A stretch of 64,000 bases of DNA from an uncultured Methanosarcinaceae archaeon (GTDB lineage Archaea > Halobacteriota > Methanosarcinia > Methanosarcinales > Methanosarcinaceae). This document shows, one piece after another, positions 54,034-64,000 of this stretch. The notes beneath the pieces are model-generated. The model did no database searches. It worked only from the letters and a program-made list of their open reading frames with translations, and was not told the origin of the DNA. A program made the position numbers and the translations under genes. The stretch covers positions 352,001 to 416,000 of the forward strand of contig CAVSHT010000009.1 of the NCBI GenBank assembly GCA_963727895.1, read 5' to 3'. Positions within the stretch are counted from its first letter, which is position 1; every line of letters starts with the position of its first letter.

Positions 54034-56609
54034 ATGGCTCGTATATATGTGTCTTCAACTTTTAAGGATCTTAAGGAATGTCGTGAAAAGGTTAGAGTCA
54101 CCTTAAAGCGAATGAGCCATGAAGATATAGCAATGGAATATTATGTTGCAGAGGACAAAAGACCAGTTGACAAATGCTTGGAAGATGTCGCCTCTTGCGA
54201 CCTATACATAGGTATCTTTGCGTGGAGATACGGTTTTGTGCCTAAAGAATATGATAAATCCATTACTGAACTTGAGTATAGAAAAGCAGTAGAAACAGGA
54301 AAAAATTGCTTAATATTTTTGTTACATGAAGACGCTCCCTGGCCACGAAATTTTATTGATAAAGGTGGAGATCAAGAGAAAATTGAGGCTTTAAGGAACG
54401 AATTGTCTGCTGAAAAAGAGGTTAGCTTTTTTAAATCAGCAGAGGAACTTGCCAGCGTTGTAGGTCCAGCTGTTCGTAATTGGGAAATGAACGGAAACCC
54501 AGTTCGAGATTCTTTTCATATAGCACCCATTCAAGTCCAAGCATTGACAGAACCTTTTGTAGAACTCCCTGTAATGCAAGAAATTAAAAGCCATCTCCTC
54601 AATGGTAGCAATTCAAAAGGGATACTTGCTATTACCGCAATTCAAGGACTGGAAGGTATTGGAAAAACAACCCTTGCTAAGATTGTAGCTCATGATAAAG
54701 AGATCCAAAGTTATTTTTCAAATGGAATACTCTGGGTTACTCTTGGTCAGGAACCTGATAAACTCTCTTTGCTAAATGGCTGGATAAAGGAACTTGGAGA
54801 TTCTCAATCTAATCATACAACGATAGAAACAGCATCGAATCATTTGATAACACTGCTTTACGAAAAACGCATTCTTTTAGTCGTAGATTATGCCTGGAAC
54901 TCCAGTGATGTAAAACCTTTTTTAGTAGGTGGGTCCAGCTGTCAGACTATAATAACAACAAGAAAAGCTTACATAGCTGATTATTTAGGTGCAAAATGTT
55001 ATTCTTTGAATGTAATGACAGAAGAGCAATCTTTAGAGTTATTTGCCAAAATTCTGAAAGATTCCTGGGAAGAAAATGAAAAAGAGGACGCCCTTAAAGT
55101 CGCCAAAGATATTGGTTACCTTCCATTAGCTTTAAATCTGGCAGCTAAAAGAGGAAAAAGGAACTATTCCTGGATCAAGATACACGAAGCGCTTGAAGAA
55201 GAAATTGCTCATCTTAGTGTTTTAAGTCCACGAATATTAGGAAAAGGAGAAGAAGGGCTAGAGGCATCTTTAAATTTAAGTTTAAACGCTCTCAGATCTT
55301 ATAATGAAGAAGCTTTTTTAAATTTAAGATGGCTTGGGGTTCTGCCTGATGACATTAAAGTGAATGAAAAAATGGCTTCTACTCTTTGGGGCATAGATAA
55401 AGAAGAAGCTGGAAATATACTGGAAGTGCTATGGGAAGAAGGTCTGCTTACACAAGATTCAGCAATTCATTTGGGGAACGAAAAACTAAAAACGTATCGT
55501 ATACATGACCTTTTTCATGATATTGCTTGTCATTATTGACATGTTCCCCCGTTGTGAAAAATAGCACAGAACTTCCTGGTTTAAGATTAACACTTAATGA
55601 AGCTCATGCTTCTTTATTAAAACGTTATCAATCAAAAATGCAGACCGAGGGTTTATGGCATACATTAGAAGATGATGCCTACATCCACAGTCATCTGACC
55701 TGGCATATGGAGAAAGCAGGAAAGATTGAAGATATCCATAATTTATTAACTGAGGAAAACGAAAAAGGAAAAAATGGGTGGTATGAAGTCCTTGAATCCC
55801 TAAAACTAAATGCAGTTTTTATTGAAGATCTTATGCGAGCTTAGAATTTATCCGAAAAAAATTCAGAGCAACAAATAGAACAGGGCAATAAAACTTATTT
55901 CATTGGACTGGAAATTCGTTATGCTCTCATATACACTTCGATTAACAGTTTGTCAGCTAATATTCCTACAGAACTACTGGTTACACTTCTTGAAACTAAA
56001 AAATGGACTGAAACTAAAGTATTCATATATGCACAAAAGGAACCTGAATTTTATAGAAGAGTAATCAAATTAATCTCGATTCATCAAATAATAAATGATA
56101 AATCTATAAAAAAAGAAGTAATTGACAAAGCCCTTGAAATAGCCTCAAATATTCAAGATGATTATGAAAGAGCAAAGGCACTTTCTGCTATTGTTTCTCA
56201 TTTAGATGGTCAAAGAAAAGAAGAACTGATGGAAAAGTCTCTTGAAATAGCCTCAAATATTCAAGATGATTATGAAAGAGCAAAGGCACTTTCTGCTATT
56301 GTCTCTCATTTGGATGGCCAAAGAAAAGAAGAACTGATGGAAAAAGCCCTTGAAATAGCCTCAATGATTCAATCTGATTATGAAAGAGCAAAGGCACTTT
56401 TTTTTGTATTATCTCTCATGAGAAATTCGCCAATAAATAAACTTTATTTTTGGTGGAAAAAAATAATTCAAATCCTCAGAGAATATACTCGAAGTAACTT
56501 ACTTTTTAGCATCATCACATTAATTCCAGTTATAAATGATTTGGGTAAAGATGAAACGCTCTTTGAAATCTCTCGGGCTATTATAGACGTGTCAAATTGG
56601 TTTCTGTAA
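54034..56609 (+). pseudogene. DUF4062 + NB-ARC (STAND) + APAF-1-like helical domain + TPR-like repeats; about 858 aa when reconstructed
   Basis: IYVSSTFKDL..CDLYIGIFAWRYG..SITELEY; GLEGIGKT, LWVTLG, GYLPLAL and IHDLFHD motifs; 1-nt deletion at about 55536; in-frame TAG at 55842-55844. Confidence 0.88.
56127..56400 (+). repeat. 108-bp (36-aa) near-identical coding repeats, about 2.5 copies
   Basis: cttgaaatagcctcaa recurs at 56133, 56241 and 56349. Confidence 0.9.
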
Positions 56610-56850
56610 AGTAAGTTTCTGATGGGTACTGTGTAGAAAGGAACCTATTTTTCTTTGTCCAGATGATTGTGATAAAAAGTCATCTCGAAAACCTAGCACT
56701 TTACTTTTGGTACACTGCCATTTTATATGAAGATAAATTAGTATATCTAATAGGTTCTTGATAGTTTCAACAGTATTAGGTTTCTTAACCATTTTCTCAT
56801 TCACCGCCTTTTTTTCGGTTTCGCACATTTGATGTCGGGGGGTTAGAATT

Positions 56851-57714
56851 ACGTTACAGAGATTCAAAAAAGTACAACAAGTTCTGATCTATGTACTAAT
56901 TCTAAACCTTGCAGTTTCATTTACCAAAATAATTTACGGAACTATGACTGGCGCGTTAAGTATGACTGCAGATGGTTATCATTCTCTTTTTGATGGAGTT
57001 TCAAATATCATAGGATTGGCTGGAAATTTTATAGGAGAGCGCCCGCCTGATATAGCACATCCTTATGGGCATAGAAAATATGAAACATTAGCCTCTATTC
57101 TTATCGCTTTACTTTTGATATTTGTAGGTGTTGAGATTTTCCGGAATGCGCTCAATCGATTCCTTATCCCTAGCACACCAGAAGTTACAGCTATAAGTTT
57201 TCTTATAATCCTCGTGACAATGGGCATCAACTATATGGTAACACAGTACGAATATAAACAGGGTGAATCTCTCCGAAGCCAGATGCTTGTAGCAGATTCA
57301 ATGCACACAAAAAGCGACATTTATGTATCTCTATCGGTTATAGTAAGTCTAGCTGCCGTAAAGATCGGTTTTCCTTTCGTGGATCCTTTAATAGCTGTAT
57401 TAATTTCATTCTTTATTTTCAGAGCAGGATATCGAATTGTAAAAGAAGGTTCAATAGCCCTTCTGGATATATCCAGAATTGAAGAAAAAGAAATTTGTAA
57501 CTTAGTAATGAAAGTTGAAGGGGTAAAGGGCTGCCATAAAATTCGAACTCGTGGGAGCATGGGAGATATCAAGGTTGATATGCACCTGCTTGTTCAGCCG
57601 GATAAATCTCTTAAGGACGCACACCTTATCTCTCACAAGGTCAGTAAAAAGCTGAAAAGTGAATATCAGGATATTTCTGATGTAGTAATCCATATTGAAC
57701 CTTTCTTACAATAA
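56851..57714 (+). CDS. Cation diffusion facilitator transporter (probable ACG start; first ATG at 56944)
   Basis: ADGYHSLFD, HPYGHRKYE, ADSMHTKSD and VIHIEP motifs; TM1 is encoded upstream of the first ATG. Confidence 0.9.
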   Translation, partial: TLQRFKKVQQVLIYVLILNLAVSFTKIIYGTMTGALSMTADGYHSLFDGVSNIIGLAGNFIGERPPDIAHPYGHRKYETLASILIALLLIFVGVEIFRNALNRFLIPSTPEVTAISFLIILVTMGINYMVTQYEYKQGESLRSQMLVADSMHTKSDIYVSLSVIVSLAAVKIGFPFVDPLIAVLISFFIFRAGYRIVKEGSIALLDISRIEEKEICNLVMKVEGVKGCHKIRTRGSMGDIKVDMHLLVQPDKSLKDAHLISHKVSKKLKSEYQDISDVVIHIEPFLQ

Positions 57715-57752
57715 CCCGAAGAATCAAATAGCAAAAAAACAAGTTAAGATGC

Positions 57753-58850
57753 ATGGCTGGAAACGTTTTCGGGCAGATGTTTAGAATAACCACCTGGGGT
57801 GAATCTCACGGCAGGGCTGTAGGTGTCGTGGTAGACGGATTGCCTGCAGGGCTTCCTTTCTCAGAAGCTGACATTCAGAAAGAACTGGATAAAAGACGCC
57901 CTGGACAGAGTAAGGTTTCAACTCCCAGGCGTGAGGCTGACAGGGTGGAAATCCTTTCGGGAATCCTTGAAGGAATGAGTACAGGTACCCCTGTTTCCAT
58001 GCTTGTCTGGAATTCGGATGCAAAGTCTTCGGCTTATGATGCAATAAAAGATATTCCAAGACCCGGACACGCTGATTATACCTATATGACCCGTTATGGG
58101 ATGAGGGACCATCGTGGAGGAGGAAGATCTTCAGCCCGGGAAACAATAGGCAGGGTTGCAGGTGGAGCCCTTGCAAAACTCCTGCTTTCCAGCTTTGGAA
58201 TCAAAATTGTCGGGCATGTTCTGGAACTCGGAACCATCCGGGCAAAGCCTCTTTCTTTTGAAGAAATTCTTGAAAACGTAGAAAAGACCCCTGTGCGCTG
58301 TGCTGATCTTGAAACCGCTGAAAAAATGCTTGAAAAAGTTGCAGCCCTTCGGCAGGAAGGAGACAGCATAGGAGGCATTGTAGAACTTATTATAAAAGGT
58401 GTACCTGCAGGTCTTGGAGAGCCTGTATTTGATCGGCTGGATGCAGACCTTGCAAAAGCACTCATGAGTATTCCTGCTGTCAAAGGTTTTGAAATCGGAG
58501 CAGGATTTGAGGCTGCCCGTTTGCGTGGGAGCGAAATGAACGATCCTTTCCGGCTCGAGGAAGGAAAAATAACCACTTTGACCAATAATGCAGGCGGTAT
58601 TCTCGGAGGAATCTCAACAGGTCTGGATATTATTTGCAGGGCGGCAGTAAAACCAACTCCCTCAATAGGGAAAATTCAGAAGACAGTTGACCTCAAAACA
58701 CTGGAAAATACTGAAATTGCAATAAAAGGAAGGCATGACCCAACGATTCCTCCACGCATGGTTCCGGTTGCTGAAGCAATGGTTGCCCTTGTGCTTGCTG
58801 ACCATATGCTCAGGAGCGGTTTTATTAATCCCAGAACTCTGCTGGAATAA
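57753..58850 (+). CDS. aroC: Chorismate synthase
   Basis: GESHG, RPGHAD, RSSARET and GRHDP motifs. Confidence 0.97.
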   Translation: MAGNVFGQMFRITTWGESHGRAVGVVVDGLPAGLPFSEADIQKELDKRRPGQSKVSTPRREADRVEILSGILEGMSTGTPVSMLVWNSDAKSSAYDAIKDIPRPGHADYTYMTRYGMRDHRGGGRSSARETIGRVAGGALAKLLLSSFGIKIVGHVLELGTIRAKPLSFEEILENVEKTPVRCADLETAEKMLEKVAALRQEGDSIGGIVELIIKGVPAGLGEPVFDRLDADLAKALMSIPAVKGFEIGAGFEAARLRGSEMNDPFRLEEGKITTLTNNAGGILGGISTGLDIICRAAVKPTPSIGKIQKTVDLKTLENTEIAIKGRHDPTIPPRMVPVAEAMVALVLADHMLRSGFINPRTLLE

Positions 58851-59135
58851 GGCAATAGGTTATAAAAATGATGAGAAACGCTAGTGAATTTTTCATAAAA
58901 GCAAGGCTTTATTTCCTACGTTCTTTTTATAATTATGCATTTGAAATGATAGAATATTAATATTACTTTATTAATATGAACTTTCAAAAATTCAAATATT
59001 TCGAGTCTCAATCAGACCAATTACAATTAAATTAATTTGACGTTATTGTTTTTAGAGATAGGATTAACATTTATATAATTAGTGAAATGTTAATCTCATT
59101 AAACTTTGAATGCTATAAGTAAAAACAGTTAATTT

Positions 59136-60744
<1,609 letters not shown>

Positions 60745-60749
60745 AATAA

Positions 60750-61208
60750 ATGGATAAAACGGATGTAAAACTGTTAAAACTCATGCAGGACGGAATTCCA
60801 ATCACACATTCTCCATTCAAAGAATTTGCTTCTGAACTTGGTATAAGTGAACAGGAAGTTGTTGACAGGCTAAAAAGCCTTCAGAAAGCCGGAAAAATTC
60901 GACGTTTTGCAGCTTCAATAGGGCATAGGGCAATAGGCATAACAGCCAATGCAATGTGTGTCTGGAATGTTCCTGATGAGCAGATCGAAACTGTAGGGAA
61001 TATCATGGCTGAATTTCCTGAAGTAACTCATTGCTATGAACGTCCTCGCTATCCTGACTGGCCATATAATCTGTTTACTATGGTTCACTCTTATACCCCA
61101 GAGGACTGTGAAAAAGTAGCTATAAGAATCTCAGAAGCCACCGGAATTAAGGATTACACACTCTTTTTCAGTGAAAAAGAATTCAAAAAAACCGGCGTCA
61201 GACTGTAA
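60750..61208 (+). CDS. ahbB: Siroheme decarboxylase beta subunit
   Basis: ANAMCVW, VTHCYER, WPYNLFTMVH and EFKKT motifs. Confidence 0.92.
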   Translation: MDKTDVKLLKLMQDGIPITHSPFKEFASELGISEQEVVDRLKSLQKAGKIRRFAASIGHRAIGITANAMCVWNVPDEQIETVGNIMAEFPEVTHCYERPRYPDWPYNLFTMVHSYTPEDCEKVAIRISEATGIKDYTLFFSEKEFKKTGVRL

Positions 61209-61247
61209 AGTCTCGAGATTAAGATTTTTATTAAGAGGTTTCTAGCT

Positions 61248-61922
61248 ATGGCCGAAACAAACAATATTCTTCCTCTTATGCTTGATTTGTCTGGCAAGAA
61301 AATCGTTATTTTCGGAGGAGGCTCAGTCGGAGAACATAAAGCTGAACTCTTTTCAGGCTGCGCAGATACCCTTGTTGTTAGCCTCGATTTCTCACAGAAG
61401 CTTAAGGAGCTTGAAGCATCAGGAAAGGTAAAACTTGTTCGGCTTAACCTGCTTGAAGCTTCAGATTCAGAACTCAAGAATCTAATATCAGGATCTTTCA
61501 TTGTTATACCGGCAACAAGCAATTTTGAACTTAACCAAAAAATCGCTGATATTGCACGAGAGAGCGATATTTTGATTAATCAGGTAGATGCTTTAGGTAG
61601 TGTCGTAATCCCATCAGTAATAAAAAGAGGAGATCTTGTAATCGGGATTTCCACTCTCGGCCACAGCCCTGCAGTCTCAAAATATACCCGCAGGAAAATC
61701 GAAGGTTTGATTACTCCCGAATACTCTGATATGATTAGACTGCAGGATGAGTTAAGGAGTTACCTTAAAAAACATGTGGCAGAACAGAAGCAGAGAAAGG
61801 AAATTATATGGAAAATCCTTGGAAGCGATTCTGTTTGGAGTGGATTTTCCGAATCTTATGAAGAAGCAGCCAAAAAAGCATATTCGATAATTTCGGATAT
61901 CCTTGAAAGTTCTGACAAGTAA
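61248..61922 (+). CDS. sirC: Precorrin-2 dehydrogenase / sirohydrochlorin ferrochelatase
   Basis: LPLMLDL, FGGGSVG, NQVD and ISTLGHSPAVSK motifs. Confidence 0.88.
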   Translation: MAETNNILPLMLDLSGKKIVIFGGGSVGEHKAELFSGCADTLVVSLDFSQKLKELEASGKVKLVRLNLLEASDSELKNLISGSFIVIPATSNFELNQKIADIARESDILINQVDALGSVVIPSVIKRGDLVIGISTLGHSPAVSKYTRRKIEGLITPEYSDMIRLQDELRSYLKKHVAEQKQRKEIIWKILGSDSVWSGFSESYEEAAKKAYSIISDILESSDK

Positions 61923-62119
61923 AACCTATCAAAACCTGTGAATCAAAATATGTTAGAAATAAACCTTAAAGCATTACGGAATAAACCCTAAAGTATTCTG
62001 TAAATAAAAATTCATTTAGTGAAAAAAGGTTTTGGAGTTCTGGACAAGTTTAATTTACAACTCCTTATATTACCCCTTAATTAATTTTATCCCCTTATCA
62101 TTCTATCCGGAGGCTCTCT

Positions 62120-63442
62120 GTGACAGAAATCTCAAGCATGGTTATATCCCATAAAAAAGCAAAAATTGAGGAAATGGAGTCCGCCTGGCATGGAGATCTG
62201 GACGGTCTTCTCGATCATCTAAGTAATCATGAGTACGTTTACGAGTGTGTTGTATTAAAAACCTGTAACCGTGTTGAAATCTACGTTGTTTCCCCAAAAA
62301 GCAGCAGTGTACTTTTCTCTTTTGCAAAGGAAATGGGAGCTTCCACCCACATTATAGATTTTTATGGACACGACGAGTCCCTTGAACACCTGCTCAGACT
62401 TTCTGGCGGACTTGAATCTATGATTGTAGGAGAAGACCAAATCCTTGGACAGATAAAAGATCTCTATGCATATTGCAAGAAAAAAGGAACAACTGGAAAA
62501 ATTCTGGACACTGCTTTTGATAAAGCTATTCAGGTCGGCAAACGTATACGCAACGAAACAAGAATAAATAAAGGTTCTGTTTCTATAGGTTCTGCGGCTG
62601 TAGATCTTGCGGAGGATATTCTGGAAGGGCTTACAGGAAAATCCGTGCTCGTAATAGGAGCAGGAGAAATTGGAGTTCTTGTAGCAAAAGCTCTTGCTGA
62701 AAAAGATATCGAGGCAATTTACATTGCTAATCGTACCTTTAAAAAAGCCGAAGAAATTGCCTATGAACTTGGAGGATATGCGGTAAAGCTCAATGATGTT
62801 CAAGCTCAACTTAAAAATGCTGATGTTGTAATTAGCGGCACCGGAGCCCCACATTACATTTTAACCAGGGAAATGATTGAAAAAACGATGAGCGAGCGTG
62901 ATAAAACCCGTAAACTCCTTTTAATCGATATAGCAAATCCCAGGGATATTGAGGAATCAGTTACTGAACTTGAGAACGTAGAACTATGTAATATTGACAA
63001 TCTCAGGGTAATTAGTGAAAAAACTCTTAAGATGAGAAAAGAAGAAGCTAAAAAAGCCGAAGATATAATTCAGGAAGAGATCAAGCTTTTAAATCTCCAG
63101 TACAAGCGCCAGAGAGCCGACAAAATTATATCTGACCTCTACAGGCAAGTGTACGATGTAAGAATAAATGAAAGGGAAAAAGCAGTAAACAGATTATCTG
63201 CTTACCATACAATAGGGAAAATTGAAACTGAGGTACTTGACGACCTTACCCATTCCATTGCAAATAAAATTCTTGCAGAACCTACTAAAGTCCTTCGTCA
63301 AGCAGCAGAACTCGAAAATGAGGAATTCCTTGATGTAGTTTCGAGGATTTTCTGCCTTGAAAAAGAGAAGGTAAAGGTTGAAAAAATAAAACCCGATTGC
63401 GTAAATGAGTTAAATCAAGTCTCTGAAAAAGGCAACTCGTAA
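62120..63442 (+). CDS. hemA: Glutamyl-tRNA reductase
   Basis: TCNRVEIY, GLESMIVGEDQILGQ, GAGE and DIANPRD motifs. Confidence 0.97.
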   Translation: MTEISSMVISHKKAKIEEMESAWHGDLDGLLDHLSNHEYVYECVVLKTCNRVEIYVVSPKSSSVLFSFAKEMGASTHIIDFYGHDESLEHLLRLSGGLESMIVGEDQILGQIKDLYAYCKKKGTTGKILDTAFDKAIQVGKRIRNETRINKGSVSIGSAAVDLAEDILEGLTGKSVLVIGAGEIGVLVAKALAEKDIEAIYIANRTFKKAEEIAYELGGYAVKLNDVQAQLKNADVVISGTGAPHYILTREMIEKTMSERDKTRKLLLIDIANPRDIEESVTELENVELCNIDNLRVISEKTLKMRKEEAKKAEDIIQEEIKLLNLQYKRQRADKIISDLYRQVYDVRINEREKAVNRLSAYHTIGKIETEVLDDLTHSIANKILAEPTKVLRQAAELENEEFLDVVSRIFCLEKEKVKVEKIKPDCVNELNQVSEKGNS

Positions 63443-63488
63443 GAATAACCAAAAGTTAGATTAAACTAACAATAACAGAAGTGATTAA

Positions 63489-64000
63489 ATGTTTCCAGAT
63501 CTAAGGTTAAGAAGATTGAGAAAAGGAAAGATAAAGAACCTTGTGCGTGAAACGACCTTATCCGTGGACGATCTTATCCAGCCTATTTTTGTGAATGAAA
63601 ATATCTACTCTCCTGTTGAAATACCTTCCATGCCTGGAATATATAATATTCCTCTCTCTGAGGTTGCAAAAGAGGCAAGGGAGATTGCAGACCTCGGAAT
63701 TCCTGCAGTAATCGTTTTCGGAGTACCTGCATTTAAAGATGCAGAAGGCAGTTCCTCTTATGGCAAAAAAGACATTGTTCAGGAAGCTGTCCGCAGAATC
63801 AAGGCAGAGGTTGGAGACGAACTTGTGGTGATTACAGATGTCTGTATGTGCGAATACACAAGCCACGGTCACTGCGGAATTGTGGACATGGAAACAAAAG
63901 AAATTTTGAATGATCCTACACTTGAGATCCTTGGAAAAATTGCAGTGAGCCATGCAGAAGCAGGCGCTGATATAGTGGCTCCATCAGGTATGATGGATGG
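63489..64000 (+). CDS. hemB: Porphobilinogen synthase (3' end outside the window)
   Basis: [11 protein letters not shown]..., [14 protein letters not shown] and VAPSGMMDG motifs. Confidence 0.95.
   Translation, partial: MFPDLRLRRLRKGKIKNLVRETTLSVDDLIQPIFVNENIYSPVEIPSMPGIYNIPLSEVAKEAREIADLGIPAVIVFGVPAFKDAEGSSSYGKKDIVQEAVRRIKAEVGDELVVITDVCMCEYTSHGHCGIVDMETKEILNDPTLEILGKIAVSHAEAGADIVAPSGMMD

Larger units (their letters stand above)
53701..56719. mobile_element. Non-autonomous transposable cassette carrying an NLR-like gene
   Basis: Ends gacagtgttgcaaa / tttggtacactgcc (11/14 inverted match); exact flanking attttata at 53693-53700 and 56720-56727; no transposase inside. Confidence 0.7.

Overview
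This is a Methanosarcina-type (methanogenic archaeal) chromosomal window. Core genes include larC/larB, pyrH, the methanol methyltransferase operon mtaCB with its divergent msrA/msrB regulators, cbiE/cbiD, mutL/mutS, the methylamine operon mtbC-mttB-mttC-mtbB (in-frame pyrrolysine amber codons at 334 and 356), class I LysRS, hisF, pcm, ribK-ribB, aroC, the ahbD-ahbA-ahbB-sirC-hemA-hemB heme cluster, and tRNA-Val(CAC) and tRNA-Pro(GGG). Accessory DNA comprises a decayed TetR/flavodoxin/chimeric aldo-keto reductase locus, an AT-rich block at about 13.5-21.7 kb with a tRNA-Val att-like duplication, two IS1-family elements, a 133-bp MITE and a 3 x 81-bp repeat. The most notable observation is a 3-kb transposase-less cassette (53701-56719) with imperfect inverted ends and an exact 8-bp target duplication. 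It carries a lesioned NLR-like gene (DUF4062 + NB-ARC + helical repeats). Also notable: four conserved genes appear to start at non-canonical codons (CTG, ATT, ACG, ATC/ATT), and an identical 17-nt motif sits at the ribosome-binding site of both mtaC and mtbC. All calls were made by eye from the sequence and from recalled family motifs; no searches were run.
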